From assembly GCF_009914755.1 (NCBI RefSeq), contig NC_060925.1: 64,000 nt of DNA. The stretch is one strand, 5' to 3'. Below are positions 13,291 to 27,747 of this stretch, in pieces. Made by a program: the position numbers and the translations under genes. Source of the stretch: the human T2T-CHM13v2.0 reference genome, Homo sapiens. Each line of letters begins with the position of its first letter. Within the stretch, counting starts at the first letter, position 1. The notes below the pieces were generated by a model that worked only from the letters and a program-made list of their open reading frames with translations, made no database searches and was not told the DNA's origin.

Positions 13291-13292
<2 letters not shown>

Positions 13293-14169
13293 TATCAAAG
13301 GTTAACTACAAAATTAATAATTGCAATACAATAAGAACCTACACATGAAAAAATAGAACAATAGAGGAAATCTTTGCCTCATTATGTGGCAGAGATTGAA
13401 GAATATCTTCACAAAATAGATTTCAGGATTGCCCCTTTCTTGCCTGTTTCCTGTATTACAACTTGCCTCCAATTTTCCTAGATTCTTTGCAGTAGACATT
13501 GAGTTTCAAAATGCTATGAAACACTCATCTTTTGGTCATTGACTCTTCACTTAATATCTGGCAAATAAAGAACACCAGGCTTCAGTTCCTTTGGTGTATT
13601 GGAATTTAGTTAGTTTGGGCTCAGAGGCTGGCACTTATTTGAAGTGGCCAAGTGCTTTCTTGCTATAATCTGTTCTGTATTGATCTTCCTTCATTCATGC
13701 TTTTCATTTTGGAGAGTACTAGATTTGGAAGGTAAGTACTTACACTGTCTCTAATGGTGTCTGTAAAATTGAACTCTGATGACACTATTCTTAAAAGTCA
13801 ATACATATTCTTTTTTTATCTTTTAATTTTAATTTTATGCCCTTCTTCCATCATTTGTGTATGACCTTCCTAAATATTTGAAATCATTAGAGGGGTTCAC
13901 ATTGTGTTTCTTTTTTAATCTCCAAAAGCAAAGAAGTACAGTCAAAGTTAAGGCTTTATTAAATATATTGCATAAGCCTGAATGTATCATTGTATTTATT
14001 CTAATTTGTATAATACTTTATAATTTTAAACTTCCTATTTAGTGACTATCATTTTCAAATGCTTTAGATACTCATATTGTTCAGTTCGAGTTTTGTGCAA
14101 AATCTCACACTCTAATCTTTATTTTCCTCTGCTTTGTCATTTCTTAGTTTTAAATGTTCACAAATTCTT

Positions 14170-14370
14170 CTGTTTGCACAAACCCAACACTGATTATCTG
14201 TGTGAACCTGTTTGGGTTACTTTCCTCTTTCAATATTAGTTTTTCTCAAGTACAAGACGATGATATTAATAGATAATCTCATGGTATAGTTAGGACTAAC
14301 AGAGATAGTGTTCACATAGAACCTATCTGACTCAATGTAAGAGAGTAATACATTAGCATTACCATTATTT
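14170..14370 (+). mobile_element. MIR fragment
   Basis: Degenerate core: ctgtgtgaacct...gttactttcctct...aatctcatggtatagttaggactaa. Confidence 0.5.
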
Positions 14371-14957
14371 AATTTTAAAGTATGTCATATGGGGAACCTA
14401 AAATTTTAATTTGAGTATCAAAATATGCAGCACAGCCTGTAACATGGTAAAAGAATGATATATTTTCTCCATAAGATCTCAACATGACCAGTATTTCTTA
14501 AAAGAGTGAAAATTCTTTGCACCTTCAAATGTCTAAATATTAAAGACCTTAATACTATATGTCATCTAAATGACTTCACTTCAGGTTTATGCTGCAAGTT
14601 TTAGAGGATATAATGTCTGAGATATATCAGAATTTCTCTGGCCACCTTGTCCGTACCTCTTTTCTAGTGTTAGTAGGTCTTTTACATTTGTCTACACACT
14701 TTCTGGGACTCTCGCAGGCACTCAGCAGCAAATTTTACTGCAGAAGTATCTGAATTTGAAAAACACACTTTCACTATATACATACAAATATGTGTATATG
14801 CATATATAAACAATGTATTTAGTTATAGTTAAATAGTGGAGTTAGAGTGCAGCTATAAGTTTCATGTTACATAGGTAAAATTAAATAATTATTGGTTGTC
14901 TTGTTCTTTTGAATGTTTGTCTTTAAAAGGAAATACACTTATTTTACTTAAGAGGGA

Positions 14958-15180
14958 TTTTTTTTTTTCTTTTAGACAGATTCTTGCTCTTTTGCCCAGG
15001 CTGGAGTGCAGTGGTGCCATCTTGGCTCACTGGTACCTCTGCCTCCTAAGTTCAAGCGATCCTCCCACCTCAGCCTCCTGAGCAACTAGCTGGAACTACA
15101 GGTGTGCCAGCACACCCAACTAATTTTTGTATTTTTTGTAGAGATGGGGTCTCACTGTGTTCCTCAGGCTGGTCATGAAC
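14958..15180 (-). mobile_element. 5'-truncated AluJ-like element
   Basis: Poly-T, then gcccaggctggagtgcagtgg...tagagatggggtctcact...ggctggtc; flanked by TSD-like aagagggatt/aagagagaatt. Confidence 0.92.
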
Positions 15181-15624
15181 AAGAGAGAATTTACATTAAA
15201 GAAATTATTGTATTGAGTTGGGACATCTATTGTCATTTGTGATCATTGCATGCATAAGCTAGCCACCAAGTAGAGAATATGTATAATCTCTTCTAAATGC
15301 ATTATTGCCTTTATTTTACCTACCATGAGCTTAACTATGAAAAGAAACCTGCTATGTGACCTTGAGCAGTTAATGCTATCTCACAGGGTTTTGGAAAGAT
15401 TAAATTAGATACAACCAAGATACTTGTGAAAACAACCTTTATCACACCAAACACATTTTAATTCCTTTTCTTTACTTTCAATTTTTATCACCAACTAATA
15501 ATAATAAATTTTTTAAGACTTATTTTTCTGAAACTTCATGTAAACCAATGAACTGAGTTGATATGGGAAGCGGCTATTATTAACATTAGTAGTATAATTC
15601 TCTCTACATTACTAATTTTAATAA

Positions 15625-15840
15625 TTATAACTAATCCTTATTGAAAATTTTTTATGAGCCAGTCATGGTACATGCATCATCTCAGAATAATATTATTACA
15701 GAGCACCTATTGTTATACTGATTTTACAAATGAGGAAACTAAAGGTTGTAGACACTAAGGAATGTGCCCAAGATTTACATAGCTCATAAAGTATTCTGTC
15801 TATGTAAATCTAGAGACCGTATCATTAAACTTATAATGCA
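15625..15840 (-). mobile_element. MIR
   Basis: attttacaaatgaggaaactaaagg...gtgcccaagatttacatagct. Confidence 0.75.
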
Positions 15841-16378
15841 TTGTTTTCTGTAGTGCTTATCCACTAAGCAATTTTAAAAATCTGTACTTTATTGAAATAT
15901 TTGATCAAAGATGGTGAAAATCTCAAGTCACTGGATAATAGCAGAGCTTGCACTTTATTTTTCTATGAGGCAACAACAAGTATTTGTTGCTCTTTTCTTC
16001 CACCTCTGAACACAAGCAAGTTAAGTTTCTAGAAAAGACTATGACAAATAACTAAATGTGGTCTGGATCAATAAAGCAGCTGCTGTAAAACAGCCTTGGG
16101 CTCTGGAATTTCTACTAAACTATCAACATAAAATGTCAGTGTTCTTTGAAGGATGAAAGTCAGACTGATATCTGGAAAGAAATTTTCTTTTTGTATGTCA
16201 GTGATTGAATTTGGGTCACTTTCAAAATTGTTTAATAAGACAACACAGTGTGATTACTCATATCTCCTGCAAACAAAGCAATGATGATTCACAGAATTGT
16301 GAACATGTCTTAAGAAAGAAAAACATCCTAGTTAAGTAACAATTACATATTTACATACTATAGAAATTTCTCAGATAA

Positions 16379-16771
<393 letters not shown>

Positions 16772-18070
16772 TAGAAACTATATTAAAATATGAAGAGAAT
16801 ATTATGGTTGTTAAAAATACCTGAAATAGTAAGGCCAATTCTCTCATTATAGTATTTTAGGAGATATAAAAAACTGAAACAACATAGCAAATAAGTTTGT
16901 TTTCTCACTAGAGGGGAACACGTAATGGTTGAGAAGCATGAGCTGAATTCGTGATACTGCTGGATCCCTGTGCTTTGTGATAGTAACAAATGATTTGACT
17001 GCCAGATTCCTCTTCAAGGGTTTGCCTAGATATTTCTTAACGTCTTCTCAAGCTTTAAATTTTCTGAGACTTTTTCTGGCATTGTTTTAATTTTGGTCCA
17101 ATTGGAATAGCAAAAGGAACATTTTATAGGGGGGTCTTTCCCTAAATAAATTATGAAAATTATTTAAGTTACCTTTTATAAAGAAAAAAGGATCCTGGAC
17201 CAGAATCACATATGTTGCTGCTACCGTAACTGCCAATGCCCAGGGAAATGGTAAGAAAAGAGGCATTGAAGGCAACTATTACCATCTTCCAGAGCATACA
17301 GTTTACCACTTCACTTTTAAAATTTGCTCTTACAACCTTTCCTTCTCATTTCTTTTTTTGTGATATTATCAATCTGAGAGCTTTCATTAATGAGGATATT
17401 AGCTGATTTTTTTACTCTTAGGTAAAATGAGTTTAATAATTTACTTCTATGTTATATACTGAACTTATATAGTGTACTTCTGTTGATTCCTGAAGTGATG
17501 ATAATGAAAATAATTTAGAAAAATGTAACTAGATAATGAATTAAGGGCAATAAATTAAAAAGCACAAAGAGTATATTTGCTTCTATAGCAGTTATAATAC
17601 ATGTATTGGAAAATAATTATCAATAAAAATTATCAACATGGACCCTGAAAAAATATGATGAGAAAATACACATATCATTCCCTATTATTGTGCCCAGTTT
17701 ATAGTTTCTAAGTGCTATCCCCACAAAGGGAACAACGGCTCCTTTGATGAATGGCTAATTCCAGATTGGGTTAGAAATTGTATGAGCTTTTGTCAAATGG
17801 ACAGAGGGACCAACTTGAAAGGGCTCATATCTACCAAAGATGTGACTGAGAAACAAAAATAAAAATAAATGCCAGTTACTAAAACATATTGAATATATAA
17901 ACCTCTGTAGGTTCATGATGATTCTCGAATAAATAGAAAACCAAATGACAAGCAAGCAAATAACTCATTGGAAACTATTGAAAATAACTGCAACTTATTC
18001 CACTCCTTTCATACTAACTGTATTTCAGGGTAAACAAATAGTTATAGTTGAGAAGACAAGTTATTTTCTT

Positions 18071-18420
<350 letters not shown>

Positions 18421-20116
18421 TAAAGGAATAGTGAAATTAATAAATAACCACTTGCCATGTCTAACTAATTTAACTATTTAATTATTATGCCTAATTTTAG
18501 GGTATCTAAGTTTTTCATAATGAACTAAATTGGTAGTGAATACAGTTGAGTTAGGAGAAAGTAAATGTATGACTGCTTATAATAATCACCTCCCAGCTCA
18601 GATCTATGCATCCTTAATCTTACGTTTTAGATGTAAAATAGAGTTTTAGATGTAAAAATCTGTGTCAAAAATAGTGGGTACAATGAAGTATATACAACTA
18701 GAGGGCTGAAGATATTGCCATCACTGAATTTTATGCCTTTTTATTGACTATTAAAGCATAAAATTTCAAAATTAAAGAAATCTTTCTGGAGCACACAATT
18801 TCCCCTATAATAAGGAATTTTTCTAAGCTCCCATAACCCTTAGGATTATGAGCTCTTTCTAGATATAAGATTTCTTCCAGAATTCCCTATGATCCCCCAT
18901 AATGGTTCTAAATGTAAATTGAACAAAATTTAAAGAGAACTAAGATTTCCAGAATGATAGTTGAAATTGATGGATGGAAAAATGGGACTTGGGCCACAAA
19001 GAAAATTGTTTTCCTAGGATAGAGATGGCTCTTGAACTGGATCTTAGTATTCTGAGTCTGTATAAATGAAAATCAGCATGCTGGATTTGTAATATCTATT
19101 TATGACAATGATCACTTAAACCTTGGAAGATAATTGATCTAAATATTATATGTGTATAACAAATAACAATTATTTTAATTGTTATATTATTTTACACTGA
19201 ACAGCTAAGTGATAGGCTTATATTAATTTCTGTGCCACTTTTATAATTCATCCATATTCTACTATACAATGTCAATACTGTTCATGAGTATTGACATTTA
19301 AATTTTCTTATGCTTGCATTGAAGAGTTTGTTTTGTTATCTGTCGCGATGTTGCAATATCATTTCTCTATGTTGCCTCTGCTAGCTGCATCCTACATTAA
19401 GATGCTTTCCTTAGCTACAGTTTTAATGCAAGATTAAAGGGAATGTCCTAGTAGCGGATACATTATTTATTGTGAACAAATCAAATTCTTTATTAGAAGT
19501 GAGGTATAAATGATAATTCTATCAGTCAACTATATCGATGCTGAATTAACTTGAGTTGACATGAACAATGATTCCGATTTAGGAATGAATTTAGTTAAGC
19601 ACCACTTTATTCTAGATTTACCAGTGACTGTTTTTAATGACACAAATGTTTGATGGGTTGCTAATTTGATGCTGAAGATTAATTGGCTACCCTGTGAAAG
19701 ACTAATATATATGTAAAAAGAAAATAAGAAGTTAACTCTGAAAACAAAGAATCCACCATTTTATCAGGAATAAATCTATCACAGCAATTACTGAGATTAA
19801 TATTAAAAGTAATAAATACAAAAAAGAAAGCTTCTGTCCATTTTTTTCACCCTTTCTTTTATTCAAATGATATCCTGGGTTTAAAAAGAGAAAACTATTT
19901 CTGTGAGGAAACTGTTTACCTATGTTGGGTAAATTAACTCTTCCGGGGCAGGGCACTAGGGTATAATTCAGCAAATGGTGTCTTTTTGTGCATGAAATGA
20001 TAACCCATGTTCTTTAAATGCCTATTCATCTCCATAGTATTAAATATGTGTAATTAGGCCTCTCTTTTCTTTTTTCTCTTAACTGAACCTCAGTTTTTAA
20101 AAATAATCCTGAAGCC

Positions 20117-20145
20117 GCCGTGCGCAGTGGCTCTCGCTTGTAATC
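20117..20145 (+). mobile_element. 29-bp Alu 5' head
   Basis: gccgtgcgcagtggctctcgcttgtaatc versus Alu gccgggcgcggtggctcacgcctgtaatc. Confidence 0.7.
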
Positions 20146-20150
20146 TATTT

Positions 20151-20247
20151 CCGTGATCCAATCACTTCCCACCAGACCCCACCTCCAACACTGGGGATTA
20201 TAATTCAACACGAGATTTGAGTGGAGACGCAGATCCAAACTATATCA
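20151..20247 (-). mobile_element. MSTA/MSTB LTR terminal fragment
   Basis: gatccaatcacttcccaccagaccccacctccaacactggggatta...gatccaaactatatca. Confidence 0.85.
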
Positions 20248-20449
20248 TAGGCCCTATGTGATCTTCCTTGTTTAACCTTTGTAAGACTCTAACTACCATT
20301 AACACCATCTCCCCACTCAAGATACCTATGAGTCCATTTTTATACAACAAATATTTTATTTAACAGCTCACGTGCTCAGCAACGTGATGCAATGTTTAAA
20401 AGAAAGTTGTAGGTGTCAGGAAGCTTTGTCATATAGCTACTGAATTTCT

Positions 20450-20882
20450 GTTAGTTCCTAAAACACATGTGGTGTTTATATGTCTCTCACTCCTTTTTCA
20501 TCTTTGTGGTTTCACAAATACCGTTCCCTCTGCCTGAAATATTCTTGTTGAGTCCCTTTCTCTAACCCTTCAATTCCTTTCATCCAGCTAGCCTACCATT
20601 TAGCCTGCATGACTCACTTGGATTTTATATCTTCAGAAAAAGTACTTTATAGGTCACCTGCTTCTACATACACAAATCCCTGAGCTAGTATGCTTATCTA
20701 GTGCCTCAATAATAACAGGTAACCCTCCCTTGCTTATTGCTTATGAAACAGGAGACTACCGCCACCAGAAGAGAATCCCCACAGGCCCAGGACCTTTTTT
20801 GTTCTTGTTCCCTATTTTATCCCTACCATCTAGCCAAATACCTGGACATAATGGCTGTTGGATAAATATCTGTTAAATTAAA
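20450..20882 (+). mobile_element. L2 3' fragment
   Basis: gttccctctgcctgaaat...tcttgttc...cctggacataatggctgttggataaatatctgttaaatt. Confidence 0.6.
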
Positions 20883-21560
20883 AAATTATGTATTTGGGGA
20901 TATTCTGTGATACATGTGTGAGACGTATTATAATTACATGTTTATAAAATAAAACTGTGACAATTTCTTTTTTTATAACAATTTCTTCTTTTGGTAAGTC
21001 TAAAAGATAAACCACAATGACTAGGTACTAAGGATAAGTAAAAAACCATTTGTGTTGTCATTATGTCATTACTAGAATCATTTTACTCCCCTAGAACATC
21101 TAGTTTCTTCTTGAAGCCTTCCAGTGATGGGCGATCACATGGTTTTGAAACTATGCCTTCTATCACAAAACAACCCTGACTGTCATATAGTCCTCAATAA
21201 TGAGTAACAATCTGCCTCCTCCTAACTTCCACCTCTTTGTCTTGGACCTGCCATCAGAAGCTAACCAGAACGCTAACACTTTCTCTGAATGAAAACTGTT
21301 CAGGTATATGAAGCTGCTTTTTAATCCCTTCCACCACCTTCTCCCAAATCTTTTCTCAACAGAAGGCACTTTGGGGATTCTAAGAGAATCTTTACATGGC
21401 ATGACTTCTAACTTTTTATCCTCTTTGCTCCTTTGAAGGTACTCTAATTATCATTGTCCCTTTTACACTGCATAAAATATTACTTCTCATCTGAACAATA
21501 ATGTCTATTGACAGTCTTATTTATATAACTTTTAGCAGCTACTTTATAGTGATGGCTTAC

Positions 21561-21759
21561 CAGGGGTGTCCAATCTTTTGGCTTCCCTGCGCCACATTGG
21601 AATACAAAGCATTGTCTTGGGCCACACATAAAATACATTAACATAAACGATAACTGATGAGCTAAAAAAATTGCAAAAATATCTCATAATGTTTTAAGAA
21701 AGTTTACAAATTTGTGTTGTGCCACATGCAGCCCGTGGGCCGTGGGTTGGACAAGCTTG
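21561..21759 (+). mobile_element. MER30 hAT-Charlie DNA transposon
   Basis: caggggtgtccaatcttttggcttccctg...gggttggacaagcttg termini. Confidence 0.92.
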
Positions 21760-24700
21760 GCTTATACTAAGCTTGAAGAAACCCAAAAGATCTAGGTCAT
21801 CTCTGGATAAGATTTTTAGGTTTTTCCATATTTCCTTAAAGTTTCAATCAAAATCATTACTATGGTTACCAAGACCATATATCTGATAGGCAGAAAAAAA
21901 AATTCCGAAAAGAAACATTTTGTAGTGTCCAAGGCATTGGTGAATAGCAGAGAAAACCTGGAGAGTGTAATTCTGACTGCAGGCTATAAACAATGACCAG
22001 GAAACAAGAGGGGGATGTTGATGGCTAGGCTGGAAAGTAAGTTTACCTGAGAATAATGTGGTTCCTGCCCTCTCATAGCCTAGCAAAATGTTTCAAATAG
22101 ACTGGAGTTCTCTTTCAGAACAGCATGTCTTCTATTTAAGCTCAAGGCTCTTTACTCCCACTTTTTGATTCAGGAAACTCAAATCATTTCTTACAGAAGG
22201 AATGTGGGAAACACACTGTCCTGACACCATTTTATAGCTATTCCTGTGCCTTTTAATTCTTGTTAAGTGCATTTCAAAATTAAAAGGAAATTTTCAGCTC
22301 CAATTGAGTTTTAGCAATGAATCTATAGTCCATTATATTTTAAGCCCTCAGATTTTTGCCTTCTTTCCTGTTTTAACATTGAGAATATGGGATACAATAA
22401 ATTATAGGTATTAGACTTCTGGCAAAATGCAGTTTAGGACACTGCACGTTTTAGCACAAAAAAAAATCAATCTTTTCTGCTGTCATAAAGCTTATTGAAA
22501 ACTGCTATTGTGCCATTAAAATTAATGTAATCACTTTTTCTTTCTAAGTCACATTGCCCTTTTGCCCAACCCCTTGGGGTCATCTCCCCTTGAAGACAAT
22601 AAACCCTTTCTGATTCCTCCAATTGAATTAAAACTCAAAACTAATGCTGTGAAATGTTGCTTTTCTAATTCATATTTTATACAAAAAGATTTAATTTTCA
22701 CATAAGATAGCTGAATTTCCATTTGGATTTTTCCCATACTTTTGCATCATTTAAAACCCACTGCTATAGAAAGGTAGACTAATACAGGCTCTTTTTTTGA
22801 AATGTACTTGAAAAAGGCATCAAACCTGAAATAATTTGCAGCAACTTTTTGATTTAAGAGAAAACTTTTGGGCTTTTTATTAGGCTTTAGTATAAGGCTT
22901 GGAAGTCATCTACAGTATATTAATATTTAAATATAAGGAGTTATATATACTATGCAATATGGATCTTAAAATGTAGTTACAATTCATTCGGTATTAATTC
23001 AAACATTTGCTTAAGAAAATGCAGCCTCGTTTATAATGCTCTAAAATTAAATTTACATCAAATTTTACTTTATCAATATCTAACCAGCTTGTTGGTTAAC
23101 TTCACTGACGTTGTTTACACAGAGAAGAAACTTGGGAGCCATTCACTTCTGCAGGGAGGCTCAGTCTTGTGGCACCTGCTGAATCCAGTCTCTTTGAACA
23201 CGGGAACTACTGGAGTCTCAGGCTCCAGGTCCTTGAATCAGCTTTAGAGGGGTGCAGATATGCTCTTCTCTATACCTCTTTCCTCCCACCTCCACTTTGG
23301 TGAAATATTCATTAGTTACTTCCAAATTATTAAGTCATCACGGGAAGGTGAATTCATTTCAGAGGTCTGCTCAACCTAAACAATATTTATCGGCAAACTG
23401 ATTGATCCTTGACCCTTAAATAGTCAAGATTTGAGGCAAATTGTTTTAATAGGCATGCATGTTAAGATGCAAATAAAACTATTTTAACATGAAATTTAAT
23501 CACTTACAAGGTTCACCAACATTTTGCTTATACATTTTCCCAATCAGGTATACACATACACTCACACATCATATTTGGTGAAGGAACCCTATGTTTTACT
23601 GCATGATTGTGTGGTCTATTTGCCTTTATTTCCTTGGTACCTGTAAACAGAAACTGCTTCTACCCTTGTTCACAGAGAATATTCTTTGTACTTGCCAAAT
23701 GGAGCATGGGGAAAATTAAAGAAACAGTCTGACATTCACCATAGACTCAATAAAGAGAGATAAATAGTCAGGAATCTCATCTAATCCATTCTTCAGGCTT
23801 TTATCTCTTTCCTTGCATACCTGTTTCTTTCCTTTTTTATTTCCCTAGTGCTAAGATTCCACTTGTTCCATCACATTCTGTGGAGACATGTGTAGTGCTG
23901 TTGGCTGGGAGCTTAGGAAGCTGGTGGGGCAGCTGGCTGCTTCTCTACAATACCTTACCTGCAAGACACCCAGCCTTCACACATGGAACTGGAATACAAA
24001 GCAACACCAAAATACAACATAACTTTCAGGCTATCATAAATCTTCCCTTTTGCTTTCTCTAATTTTTAAAAATGAACACACAGCCCAAATACATGATTGT
24101 CTTTTTTAAGGTCCCATTTTGATATGAGTGGTATTTTAAAAATAATAGAATACATTGCAAAGGGAAGAAAACCATTAAGAGATTTGAATTCCAGTTAACT
24201 ATCAGTGATTGCTTTGTAGCTCTGGGTCAACTGCACTGAGAATTTCAGAGATCAGTGTTTTTGGAAGGTGGCAAAGGAGAGTGTCCTGGAGGCTTGCAAA
24301 TCTCCTCAACAGCCTTTGAGACCATCAGTTAAGCCTCAGTTATGATGAAAATTTACTTAACTAGTGCACTTCATTTCCCAAAGTCAGAAAAGTAAGGAAG
24401 ATTTTCTATTCCTTCTCATGTTCATATTGGACTATTTCTCCATTTTCCTCAAGTTTTTCCGAACTTCTACTCTGTCTTTCTAATCATTTGATTCGAGCCA
24501 ACCTTCAAAACAAAATATCTGAAATTGTTTAATCCAAACTCTTGAAAGGAACAAAGGAAGATGGGGAAAGGAAGCCTTTTATATATCAATTGTAGAAAAC
24601 AATTAAATACATGTCATACTCACTAGCATTACCTGAGGCTTATTATATGCCATTCAAAAAGGGCATTATTTATATTAATTTATGTAAACTTTATAAAAAT

Positions 24701-25831
24701 ATTGTATGATATTATCTTTATGTTACATATGAAAAAATTGGGATTTAAAATCTGTTATTTTAGCTCTAAAGGCTATGATATTAGCCAGAATACTACATAA
24801 AGGGTTGATATACAAGTTACAGAGATGAATAAATATGGTTTTTCCTTCAAACAATGCAGTCTTGGAAATAAACATTTTACTAGGGAAAATAACAACAACA
24901 GCCAAACATAGGTAGTGGGAAGTCTTTTCCCTGCTTTGTGTTTCAGTAACACAATGCTCTTTCTTTCCTCTGCCTTCTCAGTTTCTTCTCTCATTTGTAG
25001 TTGCGTAAGTTTTGAGAAGGAGGATGCATGGCTCAGCCTCCCTGCTTCCTCTTTGAGATGGGGTCACCTGAATGAAAGAATGTGTTCTGATCTGTTCTCA
25101 GTCTAGATAGACTCAACAACAAAGGTCAATCTTGCAGGTAACTGATAGATAAGTCATGCAAAAGAGTGAAAAAAAAATGGCCCCTTTTTGGGGGAGAGAA
25201 AAAAGCAGCCTCTTTCAGCGACCAAAGAGAGAGATGATGAAAGTACAAATGAAGGAATTTGCAGAAAGACGATAGAGAGAAGATCTGGTATAAAATTCAC
25301 ATACCTTTTGAGTATAACAGTACATTTGTTAAGGTTTAGTGGCAGTTTGGATGGTAATGGAGATCTTCTGGACATTCAGCAAATAATATATTTATGCATA
25401 TTCAATTATGCCTTACAAACATGTAATTAAGGTCTAAAACATTTACATTTAGTAAGTACCATAGGATTTTAGGAGAAAAAATAGCATTAATGTAAAATGC
25501 AATTTATGTATACCACTTTGAGTTTTACAAAATGCAGACCTAAGCTTAAGACATGATCCCAAACTTTTATTTCAGCTACTATTACAGTCTAGATAGCCGG
25601 TGAAATCTGCTTAGTATAAGACACCAAAAATATGCAATAAAATATAGTTTTAAATATTTATAAATTCACAGCCAAGAAAAGGAAATAAATTACATGGAGT
25701 AGAGAGAAATAAATAAAATAAAGAAAGAAAGCATAAATCTGGAGCAAATCACAAGTGTTGCAGCTGGTTCAGTGGCTGGTTCCCTTAATTGCAGCTGCTG
25801 CTGACCCTATTGGCCTGGAGCTTTAGTTTCT

Positions 25832-26137
25832 CTCTGCCTTTCTCCCTTTTTCTCCCTTTCTTTCTTTTCTTTTCTCCCTTCCTTCCTTCCTTCCTTCTTT
25901 CCTTCTTTCCTTCTTTCCTCCCTTCCTTTTTCTTTCCTTCTTTGACACAGGGTCCCACTTACTGTGTAGCCCAGGCTGTGATCATAGCTCCCTGCAGCCT
26001 CAAACTACTGGACTCAAACTATCTTTCTACCTCAGCCTCCTGAGTAGCTAGGACTACAGGCTCACACCACCACTCCAGTCTGATTTTTAAAATTTTATAT
26101 AGAGATGGAGTCTTGCTATGTTGCCCAGGCCAGTTGA
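25832..26137 (-). mobile_element. 5'-truncated AluJ whose A-tail has become a ~110-bp CT-rich (CCTT/CTTT) tract
   Basis: Exact 14-bp TSD gagctttagtttct at 25818-25831 and 26138-26151. Confidence 0.92.
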
Positions 26138-26379
26138 GAGCTTTAGTTTCTAATAGTTCTAAACACGAGGCAAAATATAAAGCTGGGGGCCTGGGAAAGA
26201 TGGGAAATTGTATTGTAAGAAAATACCATGCATAAGTTCAGATATAAAAAAACTACAAAACCAATGAAAAAAATCACAAAGAGTCAGGGTCATCAAGAAA
26301 ACAACACAAAATTGAGTCAAACTCTCAAAGACTTCAGAAAATGAAGAATATTATAAAAAAATTAAAGTCTGTCAATATA

Positions 26380-27290
26380 ACATATTGACAGGATATGGAG
26401 CAAAAGGAACTCTTATAAGCTATGGCCTTCTGGTAAAACAGTAGGACCACAGATTTGAAGGTGCACATCTTTTGAACTGGGCTTTCTCGACCACAGCACT
26501 ATTGACATTTTGAGCTGGATAATTCTTTGCTGTAGAGGGCTGCCCTGTGTATTGTAGGATGCTTAGCATCATTTCTGGCCTCCAGCCACTAAATGCCAGT
26601 AACACTCCTCCTGCTCCCTTTCCAGCTGCGGCAGTCAAAACTGTCCTCAAACATTGTCAAATGTCTCCTGGAGAGCAAGATCACTCCTGGTCAGAAGTTA
26701 CTGCTGTACAGCCCACAGTTCTACCCCTAGAGATTTATGGCAGAAGAACTTTTGTATATTTGTGTTAGGAGGCAGGCATATGAATCAGAGTAGTGCTGTT
26801 TGTAAAACAGAAAATTAGATATAATCCTAGAAAATCTGTGAGTATATTACAACACATTAATACAATGGAATATTACACAATTTCCCTATTGTATTAAACA
26901 AAAGGAAACAAACTACTGTTAAATGCAATAACATGCATGTATTTAATACTCATACTATCGAGAAAACAAGAATATTTCAGAAGAATACTTAGTTTTGTTC
27001 CATTTAAGTAAAATATGAAAAGATGTAAGACCAAATCTGTTATCTATCTATCTATCTATCTATCTCTGTTACTTGATAAAACTATAATGAAAAGAAAGGG
27101 AATAAAAAGCAAAATATTCAAGATAATGACTATTTCTCAAGGCAATGGTGGGAGGAAAGAACATAGGATCAAAGTCGCATCATAAACTTCAAACATTGGT
27201 AATGTTCAATTTCTTTATCTTGATTGTGAGTACATGGTGTCTCATTTTATTATTGTCATTCAAACCATTTTTATGATTTTACTCTTATAT
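26380..27290 (+). mobile_element. Old L1M (L1ME/MC-like) 3' fragments, interrupted by MER20
   Basis: ggatatggagcaaaaggaactctta, tacaatggaatattac, gtaatgttcaatttctttatctt. Confidence 0.6.
26477..26703 (+). mobile_element. MER20 hAT-Charlie DNA transposon
   Basis: gcactattgacattttgagctggataattctttgctgt...cattgtcaaatgtctcctgg. Confidence 0.88.
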
Positions 27291-27295
27291 GTGAT

Positions 27296-27515
27296 ATATT
27301 TCATAATTCAAACATAATTTATATTTGAATATTTCATAATTCAAATATAATTTATATTTGAATATTTCATAATTCAAATATAATTTATATTTGAATATTT
27401 CATAATTCAAATATAATTTATATTTGAATATTTCATAATTCAAATATAATTTATATTTGAATATTTCATAATTCAAATATAATTTATATTTGAATATTTC
27501 ATAATTCAAATATAA
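27296..27515. repeat. 33-bp AT-rich minisatellite, ~6.7 units
   Basis: Unit atatttcataattcaaatataatttatatttga, near-perfect (one T>C in the first unit). Confidence 0.97.
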
Positions 27516-27747
27516 AAATATAATCCTTACCATATAGTTTAATATTATTAGATAAATTACAGATATTTTTTTTTGTTTGCTGAGGATTCCTTTCTCCTTC
27601 CCAGAAATGTTCTTTCTCCCTTTTTTTTTAATTTATAGAACTATTCTTGCCACCACTATACCCATGCCTCTAATGGAAACTGACAGTTATGACATTTTGC
27701 TCCCATGGCCACAGGGGGAGTCAGGGTTCAAAGCCAATCACTGAACT

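Noticed and set aside
13700-13740. Perfect donor AAG/GTAAGT at 13731/13732
   Set aside because: No convincing matching acceptor or exon. Isolated consensus donors are expected by chance in 64 kb.
27285-27533. 82-aa ORF with YLNYEIFKYKL repeats, or a CRISPR-like array
   Set aside because: It is a by-product of the 33-bp minisatellite. There are no unique spacers, and the DNA is primate.
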